A DNA stretch of 63,356 nt, filler included, from Octopus bimaculoides (GCF_001194135.2; 8 parts of 8 records of this genome joined end to end with filler, not necessarily neighbours in it); one strand, 5' to 3'. Numbered from the whole stretch's first letter, positions 14,562-29,305 are shown. Numbers and translations are program-made. Notes: a model not told the origin generated them from the sequence alone.

Positions 14562-15167
14562 TAGTTTCTGATGAATTATATGTTGTTAATTAAAGACAGT
14601 GTATATATGCATATGTGTATATTTATGTATGTATAGATATCTGTACTAAGTTTTAAGCAGAGACTTGAAGTTTTGTAAAAAGTACTTACAATAGATGCCT
14701 TGCAGTGGAACTGAACCTGAAGCCATATGATTACATAGTGAAATATTTAACCATGCAACCTAACAATGCTTGCTCCTGTACATACATACATACATACAGA
14801 GAGAGACAGAGAGAGAGAGAGAGAGCGAGAGAAAAGAATGAGTGATGGAGATAGAGTGTGTATTTGTGCATTATGATTTGGAAGGAAACTTCTTAACCAT
14901 TCAGCCACCCAAAAACAGTTACAGTATATTTGACAAGTTTCAGTACAATATTTGTTTATTACAGTTTTATTCACAAAACTTGGGTTAGACTGAGGTTATG
15001 TTCAAGGACAGTTTCTCAAATTATGCAATATGTAGTTGAGCCTGGAACTATGTGATTGCAAAGGGAACTTCTTAATCACACACCGACGATACTTTTTGAG
15101 CTTAATATCATGTGTCAAACTTTTCTGTAGTTATAACTTTATTTTTGTTTTAAAATGTTGCACATCT

Positions 15168-15209
<42 letters not shown>

Positions 15210-15854
15210 CCATCTTCATCATCATCATCAAATATACTATAAGTCAGAAAAAATAGACAATTTCATATTTGTTAATAAAGTAGGTATATTAATCAAAGTA
15301 CACAGTATTGTAGATCTGTTTCAGCCAATCTTACCAATTGGTTGCCCACCAGGTATTAGATAACCAAATATTAGATAGCAGGATAGTTATTTAAATGCAA
15401 CGTGCTCTTCAGAGATGGCAGGTATGGAAAAAAAAACAAAAACATGGTGACTGCTCTCTGTTATTGGAGGTAAGAAAATGTCACACATGGTTTGTGGGTG
15501 CTGCATATATTTTCACTCAGGCTCTCACTGCTTTACAACTAACTCAAGCATTTTGGGGTCAAGAGACATAATTCTCGATAAATCTCTTGCACAACTGCCT
15601 CCTGCTACTTTGTTTTGTCTTTTTCCACAATACTCACAAATTGAACATGACACTTTCTCACCTCCAATAGCTAAAAGCAGTCTCCATACTTTTTCTATAC
15701 CTGCTATCTTTGAAGAGCATATGTATTTAGATAATCACCAGGTTATCTAATATCTAGTTATTTTATACCTGATGCAAAAGTGGTTGGTAAGATCAGCTGA
15801 AATGGATCTGTCATACTTTATACTTTAATTAATATATATATACATGACAGGCTT

Positions 15855-16005
15855 GGCTTCTTTCAGTTTCTGTCTTAAAGTCACTCACAAAGCTTTGGTT
15901 GGCATGGGTCTATTGTAGAAGCTTCTTGCCCAAGGTACCACACAGTGGGACTGAACACAAAACCACGTGGTTGGTAAGCAAGCTTCATAACCACATGCCA
16001 CTCCT
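15855..16005 (-). mobile_element. Family 3 SINE fragment
   Basis: tcttgcccaaggtaccacacagtgggactgaac...ccacatgccactcctg. Confidence 0.7.
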
Positions 16006-16236
16006 GTACCTATTGATGAGATTGCAAATGGTAATGAAAAGACTCTAACAAACTGTTTGATTGAGTAATTGAAGGACTAATCAAATCAAGCAATCAATTG
16101 GTTAATTGGTTAATTAGTTTGCTATTTGATTAATAATAAAAAAAGAATAAAATAGGACCAGTGAGGATATTTCTTATTAGTAAAATGACTACTCAGATTC
16201 ATCAATTATAATATTGGATTACACTATGCTAGTACA

Positions 16237-16280
<44 letters not shown>

Positions 16281-16769
16281 TCTCTCTCTCTCTCCACTTG
16301 CCACATCCTGGTTATTCCACTGGGTAAAGAGAGTGGAAGGGCCATGGTGATACCTATGGCTGTTCACAAATATATAGGCACCTAAACCAATAAGTGAAAC
16401 CTTAGTACATTCTACCAAGCCATACTCAAGATTAACTACTATAGTAGTTTAGCTTTTTAAAGGATAAAGAAAAGATGAAGATTACTATTGAAAAAGAATC
16501 TGAAATATGAAACCTGTGATCAATAACCCAGCCTCTAAGGCAACAGAATTTGTTAATTTTATTCGCATCAGCCTTTCACCTCTCACCTTATCCAATATCA
16601 ATAACTACACATAACTTTGAATAACATAATTCAGAATTGTACATACATATTATTGATACAAATATAGTTTTCTGTTGTAAGGATAATTCCAGTGGCTATA
16701 CTGAAGAGATGGTAAATTCAAGGCAAGTCTATAGAAAATATAAGGAATTCTTTGAATACATATGATATA

Positions 16770-17640
16770 TGAGATAGTATCAAAAAATTCCTGGACTAAT
16801 TATGTTTAAAAATAACTTATTTACCTAAGTTGTAACATTATCTTTTTCAAAATAGTCACCTTGCACAGCAATACACTGGTCCTAGCATTCCTGCTACTTT
16901 TTTTTAATCCAGCCTGGAAATCATGTTCTGTGAGTCTTTTCTGATTCGCTCTTCATCTTGACAACAGTGTTAAAACAGTGACCTTTGAACTGCATTTTCA
17001 TCTTAGGGAAGAGATGGAAGGCCACTGGTGCTAAATCTGGCGAATAGGATGGGTGCAGAAGTGATATGTTGCTTTTGGTAAGAAACTCATGAGTGAGGAG
17101 AGCTTGGTGACAGATTGCATTGTCATTGTGAAGAATCCAATTCCTATATGGACCCATACAACAGACCACCAACATCAACAATGTTGTTGATTGTCCCATG
17201 ATGATTCTCATGCACAAGCTGATGAATTTTCTCCACATTTCCAGATATGATGCTCATGGCAGGTCTTCCAGATTGCTCATCATCTTCCAAGGACATTCTT
17301 CTGCTTTTGAAGTGCCCATGCCACTTGAAACATTGTGTATAACCCATTGCCTCATCGCCGTGAGCTTGCCAAAGCATGCTCAATGTCTCTGTAACAGGCT
17401 TCCCAAGTTTAATGCATAATTTCACATTGGCTCTTTGTTTCAACTTCCTGTCATGACAAAAATCACATATTACAGCATACATGTGATCACAAAAACACAA
17501 ATTTCACAACTTGCAAAATAAACACAGTGATGTCATTTGGCACATTGCCTCATGAAGATCACTGCTAGCTCTCACTGTGCATACAACTATGTGCTGCTAT
17601 CTGTTGGTGCATTACAGAACTAGCCCAGGAACTTTTTGTC
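16770..17640 (-). mobile_element. Internally deleted, degenerate mariner transposon
   Basis: Pieces encode an HTH region (KLCIKLGKPVTETLSML...EDDEQSGRP) and the catalytic end (WILHNDNAICH...HPSYSPDLAP..FHLFPKMK). Imperfect TIRs caaaaaattcctggact / agcccaggaactttttg. Confidence 0.9.
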
Positions 17641-20600
17641 TATTTATTTTTCAATTTAACTAATAAAAATCTTGTTAAAAAATGATTTGTTTCTTGATAC
17701 AACCTTCTTGTTTGCAAGAAGTGAATCAACATTACCAAATATTTGTACTGGTAAAAACAAATGAGAAAAGTACATCATGTTGCAGCCAAATTTCCCTTTG
17801 ATAACATCTTATCACCTTAGAAAAGGATATATAGGACAATGTGGTTCTGGATTACCTGCATACACACTCCTGTTAACACAACACTTTCTCTTTCCCCTAA
17901 CACTGTCTCAGCTATTCTCTCCACTAATACCTTCTGCTAACAACAAACCTTTTCTTCCTATGGTACTTCTCAACATCTCACACTCAATATCACTAGTCTC
18001 TTTAGTCTTATAAGATACAAACTGACCTCACTAGGGTATACCAGGTGCCATGATAAAAGCACAGAGTACACTCTGTAAATTAGTTGTCTTTAAAAAGGGG
18101 ATCCAGCAGTAGAAACCATGCAAAACTGAGAGGAATAAAATGATGTTCCACTGACCTGTTAGATCCTGTCAAACCATCCAACCTATATCAGCATGGAAAT
18201 CATACATAAAATAATGATGATGGTGGTGGTGGTGGTGGTGGTGGTGGTGGAAGCTGTGATGGTGTTGGTAGTTGTAGTGTGATGCTGATGGTGAAATCAC
18301 TGATTTATTAGTTTTCTCAATCCAACTCACATCATTTAGAAAATACACACATAACACATACATTTCCCTCGACTACATTCCACACAGACAACATTGATCA
18401 ACTTGAGGTTATAGCAAACAACACTTGCCTGAAGTACCACACACTAGAATCAAACCCAGAACTATGAGGTGGCCAAACGAATTTCTTAACCACAAAACCA
18501 TGTCTGTCCAACACAACCATACTTTAATCAATGCTTTGCCTCTCCTCAGGCTTTTAATTCTTTAATCATTTCTCTTTTTAAATTCTAAATTTAAAATGAT
18601 ATTTGAAAAGATTACATAACTCTTATTATTCTCTAGACTTTTTTTTACCATTTACCTTCTCATAAAATATTAGTTTATTTATTCACAAAAAAAAAAATAT
18701 ACATTTCAATATTTTTTGCATAATATTTCCTTTTTTTTTAGGATAATTAATGCAAAAATTGGACATTTTAGGAATATTTCTTCAAACTAATGATAGAATC
18801 TGTGATCGTCACAGCTGTGCAGGAAAATATATGTTGTAAACAGATTAAGAAACAAACCTCCATATTGTCAAGAATGGCATCATTAACCATCATCTCTAGC
18901 AGCTTACTTCCATTTTTCTCTTCTATCTGTTTTCTAACAAATAACAGGAATACTTTCTCACCATTTTTTTTTTTTTGTAATGAAAAATTGAAATAAGCAT
19001 AGAAGAGTTGTTTTTAATGAGAACAAAACTCCTGTTAAATAATCTTTTGAAATATCATTTTCTTCATGTAATTTCCTTTTTCCAACTTATTTTATTTCAG
19101 CCTGATAATCACCTACCTGTATTTTACCAATCACCTGTTTATATTCTACCAATCACCTGTTTATATTCTACCAATCACTTACATATATTCTATCAATCTG
19201 AATATCACCTATCTGTGTTGCCATTCACCTTTACCTATATTTTATCAAACTTGTTTTCAAATATCTATGTGCTATTACAGACTCAATGCTGCATTACCTA
19301 TTATATTTGCCAAGCCAATGAAGGAGACCCTAAGGGATTGCTCAGCCTTCTAGGAATAGCAGCCAAATTGCCTTCAAATCACACCCTACCATTTTAAAAA
19401 GCTGAGATAATGCTCGTAGTTTGAATGTATTTCATTATAGGTTTGTTCAATGAAGGCCAACTCAAGATTAATCAAGCAACAGCTTCTCACATTTGTTTAC
19501 AAAATGTTTTGGTTAAATATTAGGTGCTGGTATGGCTGTATTGACAAGACGTTTGCTTTACAATCCATGGTTTCAAGTTCAGTCCAACTGCACAGTAGCC
19601 TGTGTAAGTGTCTTCTATTATCACTCCATGCTGATCAATGCCTCATGATTTAATCTGGAAAGCAGAACCCATGACTTTTCAGTCTCTGCAAGATGGGAGA
19701 GAAGAAGGAAGTTATCCTCAAACCATAGACCTGACCCAAATACTGCAAGGCATCCAGTCCAACGTTCTTACAGTTCCACCAATCTTCTCGGTAAATCGGA
19801 AACTTTTGTGTTAACTCCAAAAGGATAAAAACCAAAATCAACCTTAGTATGATTTGAACTCAGAGAGTAGACAATCAGAATAAATATTATGTAACATTTC
19901 ATCCAATGCTGTAATGATTCTGTCTATTGGCCTGCCTTATTCAGAAAGAGAAACATAAAAAGTGAAAAATAAGAAAAGAGTTAGAGAAAAAGAAATAAGA
20001 AACTTGTAGACAGTTACAACGGAATTTGTTGTTTCTCTATAAGTAATAAGTATCTGGTTATTTATTTGTGTGGGAAGATATTAATTTCCATTTCTATCTC
20101 TGTGCCTTTGTCATTCTATACTGGTTGTCATGACACCACATGACAATCAGTGTTTGTTTGTATCCTCTCAGCAACATTGAGACCAATAAAATAAATACTG
20201 GGGTCGAATTTATTAACTAAATTCTTCATTGTAGTGCCCCAGCAAGGCCACTGATCAATGACTGAAAGAGATAAAACAGACAGATGCTATATTTCCTGGT
20301 TTGTTGTGAATGAATTTTAAACCTTTACACAGTATCCAATTTCACTGAGATACATAACAAGACATTAACAAAGCAAAAAATGGAGAATGTGAACATAGTT
20401 TGGCTTAATTGCTAAACTTACGGAATTTAGAGGAAATGGAAAGAAAAAGTTGATGTTTTGTCATTAGAGTTTGGTTAACTTGTCAATAGTTTCTAGTGGG
20501 TTGGTATTACTGAAATTTAATGAACAATTAAAAACAATAAAGAAGACAAAATACATTCAAGCAAATGTCAACACTCACTCAAACAGCTGTTTCTTCATGC

Positions 20601-21389
20601 TGGCATGGCAAACATGCTCATGTTTAGGAAATATGTACAGAAAAAAAAAATTACTATGTAGGATCAAATTAAAAGAATTTATACCAATTACAGATGGTAA
20701 TTGTAAAACATGTTAATAGAATAAAATGACTGTGTTATCCTGTATTAGAAAATTTTAAAAATTTCTGTTATCTAAAAATAAACCCTTAACTTCATTAGTT
20801 TAGAATTCTGTACTTTAATTCTTCTTCCTCTTCTACTTCATCATTTTTCTTTTACTCTTCTTTGTTTTGTTTGTAGGTTTAAAAAAAAAAATTTCTTTTT
20901 CTTTTTCTCTTTTCTTTCTCCTTCTTTATTTTCTCTTCCTAATAATTCATGATGTGCACTCAGAGCAGCAAGAATACTAACAATAGTGTATATATTAATC
21001 CTCAATAAGTTCTGGCAGATATAAACATGAATATCTGATCACTGCTGTTTTTCAGAGAACATCTCCCTTCAGATGATTTGTGTTTGTAACACACAAGATT
21101 CATTGGGGAGGAGATGTTCTCCATTGATGAAAAACAATAGCAATCAGCATATTCACTCATGAATCTGCCAGAACGTACTGTGAATGAATAGATACATTAT
21201 TATTTTCTTTTCAGTCTTCCTAGAATGATTATTATTGATGAAAGAGTTTTGTTGGCTAGAGATATCTAATGTTTAGCTGGAGCTAATAACAGTTGCTCTA
21301 ATAAGTCAACAAAGATGCCTTAATGTGGTTGCTCACTCTACTAAAAATAGCAAATAAATTTCCTTCAAACCACATCCTTTAAGTGCTAA

Positions 21390-21545
21390 TCACTCAAAGT
21401 GGATGGCACCTGCGGAAGAGGGAGACCCAGGAAGACATGGAATGAAGTAGTGTGGGTCAATCTCAAGATGTTGGGCCTCACAAAGGAGATGAAAACAGAT
21501 TAGGATGTCTGGTGATATGGGATTCTTGAGAAAACCCACCAACCT
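21390..21545 (+). mobile_element. RTE LINE 3' fragment
   Basis: Encodes GTCGRGRPRKTWNEVV; homologous to 23261-23718. Confidence 0.7.
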
Positions 21546-22326
21546 CAGTAAAACTGAGCCCTGTGTATTCCACCCACATGTAACATTAATTCACACACCC
21601 TACCCCCAGTGAATCAAGTTACATCTCTTCCTTATGTACTAAGCTTATCTTTCCATCACCAATCCTGCAACTTAACACTGCTCTGTCATCTCTCTCTCCT
21701 GTCCTCCCCTACCAACTGTATCGTTGCTATCCTGTTGTCCCCTCCACCAATCATATAATCACTCACTGCAGTTCCACTCTTTATGTCCCCTGTTCCCTTT
21801 TGCACTTTTATGAACTCTCAGCTCACACATCCTGGGCAATCCTCTACCATTCCATTTATGTTCACATCCTCATACCCTGGCACATTGCCACCATCTTTCT
21901 TGCCCTCTCTCTCTCTCTTCCTTACTCTCACTCTTGCTTGCTCTCCCTCTCTCCCTCTTACATGCTCCCCCTCTGACTGCGATAACCATATATCTTCTCT
22001 ACAGTAAGACACCTGTTTCTGTCCCTCAGTCATACACTAACTTCTCATCATCTGACATGAAACCAATCCCCTTAAACCACTCATTTTCTCAGTTGAGGGA
22101 TCTTTGTCTTGCAAGTTACTTTGTAACTTCACTGGTGCTGGTACCATATAAAAAGCACCTAGTCCACTCCGAAAAGAGGTTGGTATTAAGAAAGACATCT
22201 AAACATACAAAACATGCCAAAGCAGATGGTGGAGCTTGGTACATACTCTGGCTTACCAACTCTTGTTAAACTGTCCCACCCATACCAGCATAGGAGATGA
22301 ATGGTAAATGCTGCTGTTGCTGCTGG

Positions 22327-22367
<41 letters not shown>

Positions 22368-23260
22368 TATATATGTCAACAGAAAGGAAATATTTAATAA
22401 TGCAGATCTAGGTGCACAATATCTGAAATAAAAAATGGGTTGGTCATAACTGGTCTGTTTAATGAGGACTGACCTAGGAACAGCAACAACAACAATGCCC
22501 TGATGTATCATGTACAGTTCTCAACAATGACACTACTAGTCAGAAAAATCTCACTCCTAAAAACAAATCTGTCATTCTTTCACTGGTTTCAGTCAGAGGA
22601 CAGTGGCCATGCTGAGGGATTGCCTTTAAGGATTTCAGTTAATCACATTGACTCAAATAGTTTTGTCAGATATAAGGGGAAATCGAAAATTATCTGCACT
22701 TTTGCCATAACACATCCTTATTATTGTCACACTGCCTTCTGTGCATGCATGCTTATAGTTGGTACTGTTGTGGTCATGTGATTGAAGTTTGATCCTGATC
22801 ATGCCATTTTTCTTTATATATATCATCATCATCATCATCGTTTAACATCCACTTTCCATGCTGGCATGAGCTGGATGGTTTGACTGAGGACTGGCAAGCC
22901 AGTAGGCTGCACCAGGCTCCAATCTGATCTGGCAAGGTTTCTACAGCTGGATGCTCTTCCTAACACCAACCACTCCGAGAGTGTAGTGGGTGCTTTTGAT
23001 GTGCCACCAGCACGGGATCTAGTCAGGTGGCACTAGCATCTGTCACACTTGAATGGTGCCTTTTACATGCCATCAACATGGGTGCCAGTCAGGTGGCACT
23101 GGTATTGGCCATGACTATGATTTCACTTGACTCAACAGGTCTTTTCAAGCACTGCATATTGAAGGGTACTTATGAATGGACCAGTTATGCAACACTGGCA
23201 TCAGCCACAGCTATGATCTCACTTGGCTTGCCGGGTCCTCTCAAACACAACATATCTCCA

Positions 23261-23718
23261 AAGGTCTCAGTCACTTGTCATTGCCTTTGTGAGGCCCAAC
23301 ATTTGAAGGCCATGCTTCACCACCTCATCCCATGTCTTCTTGGGTCTACCTCTTCCACAGGTTCCCTCCACTGTTAGGGTGCGACACTTCTTCACACAAC
23401 TGTCTTCATCCATACGCAACACATGACCATACCAGTTCAGTCATCATTCTTGCACACCACATCTGATGCATCTTATGTCCAACTTTTCTCTCAGGGTACT
23501 TATTCTCTGTCGTGTATGCACACTGATATTACACATCCAGTGGAGCATTCTAGCTTCATTTCTTTCAAGCCTACACATGTTCTCAGTAGTCACCACACAT
23601 GTTCCACTGCCATGTAGCATGGCTGTTTGCACATATGCATCATACCGTCTAACTTTTACTCTGAGCGAGAAGCCCTTTGTTACCAGCAGAAGTAAGAGCC
23701 CTCTGAATTTTGCCCAAG
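23261..23718 (-). mobile_element. RTE LINE 3' ORF fragment, continuing into a repeat-bearing 3' UTR to ~22815
   Basis: Translates to EARMLHWMCNISV...LREKLDIRCIRCGVQE..RLYWYGHVLRMDEDSCVKKCRTLTVEGTCGRGRP-like sequence. Confidence 0.85.
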
Positions 23719-24042
23719 TTATATATATATATATATATATATAGATAGATAGATGTAGGTATAGATATAGATATTCTCACACACACATACACACTTATAT
23801 ACATGTGTGTGTGTGTGTGTTTAAGTGCACCCTTGTCTTCGCATCAAATGATAATTGTAAAAGATCACTACATACAAACCCTATTGTCCATATCCAGTCT
23901 TCTATGGAAAATATGTCAGGCAAAGAGGTGAGAGTTGGTAACAGGAAAGACATCCAGCTATATAAAATCTGCTGTGACTAATTCTATCTGTTCCATGCAC
24001 ACATAAAAGAATTTGATGTTAAATGAGAATGATATACAAATG

Positions 24043-24087
<45 letters not shown>

Positions 24088-24777
24088 ATGCGTGTGTGTG
24101 GGTGTGTGTATGTGTGTGTGCATGTGTATGTGAGTACTCTGCAGCAGAAGTGTTAAGACTGGTCCCTGTAAAGCACTCATGGTAGTGACATGTAAAAGCA
24201 CTCATGTAGTACCATGTAAAAACACTTGTGCTGTGCCATGTAAAAGCACCTGTGCAGTGTCACATAAAAGCACCCAGCACACTCTGTAAAGTGGTTGGCA
24301 TTAGGAAGGGCATCCAGCTGTAGAAATCATGCCAAATCAGACTAGAACAGCTCTCCGGCTTGCTAGCTCTAGTCAAACTGTCCAACCCATGCCAGCATGA
24401 AAAATGGATGTTAAATGATGATAATATGTATAATGGACTCTCCCATCGTTAGATGATGGATGAGGGTTCGACAATTTCTTATCGGACAACCACACAGATG
24501 ATTTGTTTATAGGGATCAAATGTTTGTGTACACATAAGCTCACTCCCTCCATCAAATCAACATTACCTGTACAGGTACAACTGGATACCACATGTCAGAT
24601 GTCGAAATGATCGCAGAGCAACATGAAATGAAGTGTTTCCTCAAGAACACAACACAATGCCTGGTCTGGGAATCGAACCCACGATCTCACAATCGTGAGT
24701 GCAACACCTTAACCACTAAGCCATGTGCATTCACATGCATGACTTCACATGTGCCTTCACACACACACATGTATATG

Positions 24778-25015
24778 TGCGTTATTTCTTTACTACCCAC
24801 AAGGGGCTACACACAGAGGGGACAAACAAGGACAGACAAATGGATTAAGTCGATTATATCGACCCCAGTGCATAACTGGTACTTAATTCATCGACCCCGA
24901 AAGGATGAAAAGCAAAGTTGACCTCGGCGGAATTTGAACTCAGAACGTAACGGCAGACGAAATACCGCTAAGCATTTCGCCCGGCGTGCTAACGTGTCTG
25001 CCAGCTCGCCACCAT
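24778..25015 (-). mobile_element. tRNA-derived SINE, family 2
   Basis: Near-identical to 26607-26843; reverse strand begins ggcgagctggcaga..cgttagcacgccggg with B box gttcaaattcc. Confidence 0.9.
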
Positions 25016-25530
25016 TTTGCTGCAATTTCGCATATGTATATGTGCGTGTATACATACACACACACACACATACATACATACATGCATTCTTTCAGTTAAT
25101 CAACTGCAATTTTCTATCCTATCTTTAGACCATCTCAGAAATTCTTCAGCAGTGCTTCCATCCAAATCTATGTTTTAGTTTATTTTTGTACAAAAACTTA
25201 ATATGAAAATAACTTTGCAGAAATTATGTTTTTATTTTCTGCTGAATTTATCTGGAGTAATGTAGTTGGAACCTCATCCCTTGAGGCATATTTATATGTT
25301 AGATGATGTGGCATATGCTCTCTCCTTCTCTGTCTCTCTTTCTCTCTCTCTCTCTGTTGGTCTCTCAGCTTATTTTCGCACAATTTGCAACATATGTACT
25401 TGTTGTACACCAAACATGCTCACCTTAATCATTCTTGACTTACAAAATACTAACAGAGAAATCATTGCTCTTTAGACATGCCAGAGGAATTTTATGGCTG
25501 GAAAGTAAATGTCTTGATGTTATTACACAC

Positions 25531-25612
<82 letters not shown>

Positions 25613-25639
25613 ACACACGCATACACACACACACACACA

Positions 25640-25678
<39 letters not shown>

Positions 25679-26606
25679 TTATACAAAGACACAAGCAGAG
25701 ACACACATTTACAGATACAAGCTTCTGTCTGGCTAGATTGCAGCATGCACCTTAGATGCTTGTAAAGATCTTTCTGGTGGTGTGCAATAATGATTGTGGT
25801 AATATATCAGCTTTCTTTTTGCAGCACTGCATGATATTTTCTTCAAGAAACTGTGCAGTAGATGCAACTGTAACATTATCCATATGCCAAGAATCAAAGT
25901 ATATTTTTATACATGCACAAATAGACACAGATATGCGTCAATCAAAGAAAGAAGGCCAGTGCTTATTACTATTTTTGGGGCTTCTGATATGGGTGGAAGG
26001 AAGTGACCCATAAATTTAAAAACCTAACCCAAACATTTGCAACAAAATGACCTCTGCTAAAAAGGAACCATGTGGTTGTGTTAACCAAGCTGATGACCCA
26101 GTGTTGGCCTTAAGATTATGATGTTGATTATGATTTGTAATTTTGTTTTTTCTTGTTAGAGACATGTTTCTACATTTCTTCCTGTACTGTATTCATACAT
26201 GTGTGCATGAGCACTCATGCGCGCACATGTGTGTGTAAATATATATGCATATATATATACATACATCATCATCATCATCTTCATTGTCATTTAACATCTG
26301 TTGTCTATGTTGGCATGGGTTGGACTGTTTGACCAGTGTTGGCAAGATGGAGAGCTTCACCAGGCTCCAGTCTGATTTGGCATGGTTTCTACAGCTGGAT
26401 GCCCTTCGTAATGTGAATCACTTTACAGAGTGTACTGGGTGCTTTTACAAAGCACTCTTTCATGACACCAGCATAAGTGCATTTCATGTGGCACTGGCAC
26501 AAGTGCTTTTTACGCGACACTGGCATATCATCATCATTTAATGTCCATGTTCCATGCTGGCATGGATTGGATGATGTGTGTGTGTGTGTGAGTGTGTGTG
26601 TGAGTG

Positions 26607-26843
26607 TGTGTTATTTCTTTACTACCCACAAGGGGCTACACACAGAGGGGACAAACAAGGACAGACAAACGGATTAAATCGATTATATCGACCCCAGTGC
26701 GTAACTGGTACTTATTTAATCGACCCCGAAAGGATGAAAGGCAAAGTCGACCTCGGCGGAATTTGAACTCAGAACGTAGCGGGCAGACGAAATACCACTA
26801 AGCATTTCGCCGGGTGTGCTAACGGTTCTGCCAGCTCACCGCC
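26607..26843 (-). mobile_element. tRNA-derived SINE, family 2
   Basis: Near-identical to 24778-25015. Confidence 0.9.
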
Positions 26844-26853
26844 TTATATATAT

Positions 26854-26983
26854 GTGTGTGTGTGTGAGTGTGTGTGTGTGAGTGTGTGTGTGAGTGTGTG
26901 TGTGAGTGTGTGTGTGAGTGTGTGTGTGAGTGTGTGTGTGAGTGTGTGTGTGAGTGTGTGTGTGAGTGTGTGTGTGAGTGTGT

Positions 26984-27020
<37 letters not shown>
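26854..27020. repeat. (GT)n with a periodic GA interruption (12-bp unit gtgtgtgtgtga)
   Basis: Seen directly. Confidence 0.95.
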
Positions 27021-27021
<1 letters not shown>

Positions 27022-27319
27022 TTGGATGGATGGATGGTCCAAAGCATCACTGCTGGCATATGTTAGTACAAGCTAGCTGATAGCAGAGGGCTTGGAATTT
27101 TCCTGCATTAAATTGCATGTTGTTTTCTTCTGCCCATTTATATTTGGCATCTAGATCTTTCTGTAGAAGATTAGCATCAGAAGGTTCCTTGACTGCTTTT
27201 GTGTTGTTGGCATAGCTAGTAAGTGTGGCTGTCTATGTAACTGATGGCATGTCCGAAAGAGCCACCATAAACAACAGCAGCCCCAAGAATCTGATTGGAA
27301 CAGTGGAGGACTGACTGTG

Positions 27320-27737
27320 AAAGTGATGATGACAAAGACAATGATGATAATGATGATGACAATGATGTTGATTATGATGATACTGATGACAATGATGATG
27401 CTGATGATGACAACGACAATGATGACGATGAAGATTATGGTGATAATGCTGCTGTTGCTGATGTTGATGATAATGTTGATATGACAACAATGCTGGTGAT
27501 GGCAGTGACGATGAGGATCATGATCATGATTATGATGATAATGTGATGAAAATGATGACAACAATGACATTGATGACAATGACAAAGATGATGACAACAA
27601 CCAGGATAAGGACAATGATGACAGGCAATGATGATGATTATAATGTTCATGATGATAACAATGACAATGATGATGATGATGATAATGATGATGATGATGA
27701 TGGTAGTGGTGGTGTTGATGGTGGTGGTGGTGGTGGT
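27320..27737. repeat. Degenerate GAT/GAC/AAT trinucleotide low-complexity tract
   Basis: Seen directly; source of the spurious Asp/Met/Ile-rich ORFs. Confidence 0.9.
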
Positions 27738-28007
27738 TTTCCTATTATTTGTAGTGTACAGTGTGATTTATAATTTATAATTTACAGATTGTGACAAGAT
27801 TCTTGTAATTCAGCCCACTTCTTAACCACAGCATCTCAAAGCTATATTGGCACAGAAGACTTTTTTTTCTTTTTTATCCATTCAGCTCCAGTGTATTAAT
27901 TATCTTTTCAGTCTAATATTTCTAGTGATTCATATAAATATTTTCTGATGTAATTGCTTTAGTAATGTAAATTAATTCTGATTAGAATAACATTTTCAGA
28001 AAGACTA

Positions 28008-28129
28008 ATCTATATATATAAAAATGAGAATGTGTGTCTGTCTGTCTGTCTGTGTGAATCCCTAAAACTCGAGAACTACGCAACCAATTTCATTCAAATT
28101 TTACACATGCCTTACTTAGGGTTCCAGTT
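28008..28129 (+). mobile_element. 5' end of a non-autonomous Helitron-like element
   Basis: a|TCTATATATATAAAA start followed by a (GTCT)n tract; same layout as the reverse complement of 41560-41667. Truncated by a gap. Confidence 0.55.
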
Positions 28130-28519
28130 NNNNNNNNNNNNNNNNNNNNNNNNNNNNNNNNNNNNNNNNNNNNTTAATTAATTAANNNNNNNNNNNNNNN
28201 NNNNNNNNNNNNNNNNNNNNNNNNNNNNNTATAAATATATATATATAAGTATATATAAACATATATATATAAATATATAAATAATCCTCTATTTCTCTAA
28301 TATTGAGGTCTCAATATAAGCAGAACTGTCCAACCAAATGCAGAATGAACAACAATACAATACAGATGAAACATTGTACCAGAATGTCCAAGTTATAAGT
28401 CACTGGAATTATTGCAAAAGATTCCGTTTTGCTTGCACAGAAAAGAGCTATGACTGTTCCATATGAAGAGAAATTTATATCCTTGAAAATGATGAAGTGA
28501 GGCTGTTATGTAATTTTTG

Positions 28520-28875
28520 CATACAAAAGGCACAGCAATAGTTACGTGGTAAGATGTTTGTTTCCCAATCATATGAGTATGGGTTCAATCCCACGGTGTG
28601 ACACCCTTGGCAAGTGTCTTCTATTATAGCCCCAGATCGATGAGAGCCCGTTGAGATGCTTTGGTAGATGAAAACTGAGAGAAGCCCATCATATATGTGT
28701 GTATTTGTGTCTGTCCCCTCCACTGTTTGACAACAGGTGATTATATTCCCCTAACTTAGCAGTTCAGCAAAAGATCAATAGAATAAGTCCAGGAGTTGAT
28801 TTGTTTGACAAAAAACCCTTCAAGGTGGTACCTCAGTATGGCTGCAGTCAAATGACAGAAACAAGTAAAACAAAA
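28520..28875 (+). mobile_element. Family 3 (CORE-like) SINE, near full length
   Basis: tRNA-like head with gggttcaatccc B box, ccttggcaagtgtcttc, and tail ggctgcagtcaaatgacagaaacaagtaaaa. Confidence 0.8.
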
Positions 28876-28989
28876 GATAAAAGACATTAAATTTTAGAGC
28901 ATCAAAGCTTGAGCAATGAGGTTGCTGGTTTAGTTGACAACTACCCAACTATGGAACAGGTTGCTCATGCCTAACTAACTAGCACTTCG

Positions 28990-29305
28990 TCAGTTATGAT
29001 GATGCGAGTTCCAGTTGATCCAATCAACAGAACAGCTTCCTTGTGAAATTAACATGCAAGTGGCTGAGCACTCCACAGACAAGTGTAACCTTAACGTAGT
29101 TCTCAGAGAGATCTAGCATGACACAGAATATGACAAGGCTGGCCCCTTTGAATTACAGGTACAGCTCATCTTTGCCAGCTGAGTGGACTGCAGCAATGTG
29201 AAATAAAGTGTCTTGCTCAAAGACACAATCTGCCACTGGGAATTGAACTCGCAACCTTACGATCATGACCTGAATACGTTAACCAATAAGCCACATACCT
29301 TCACT
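28990..29305 (-). mobile_element. Family 1-related SINE
   Basis: gttccagttgatccaatcaacagaacagc...gtggctgagcactccacagac core shared with family 1. Confidence 0.8.
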
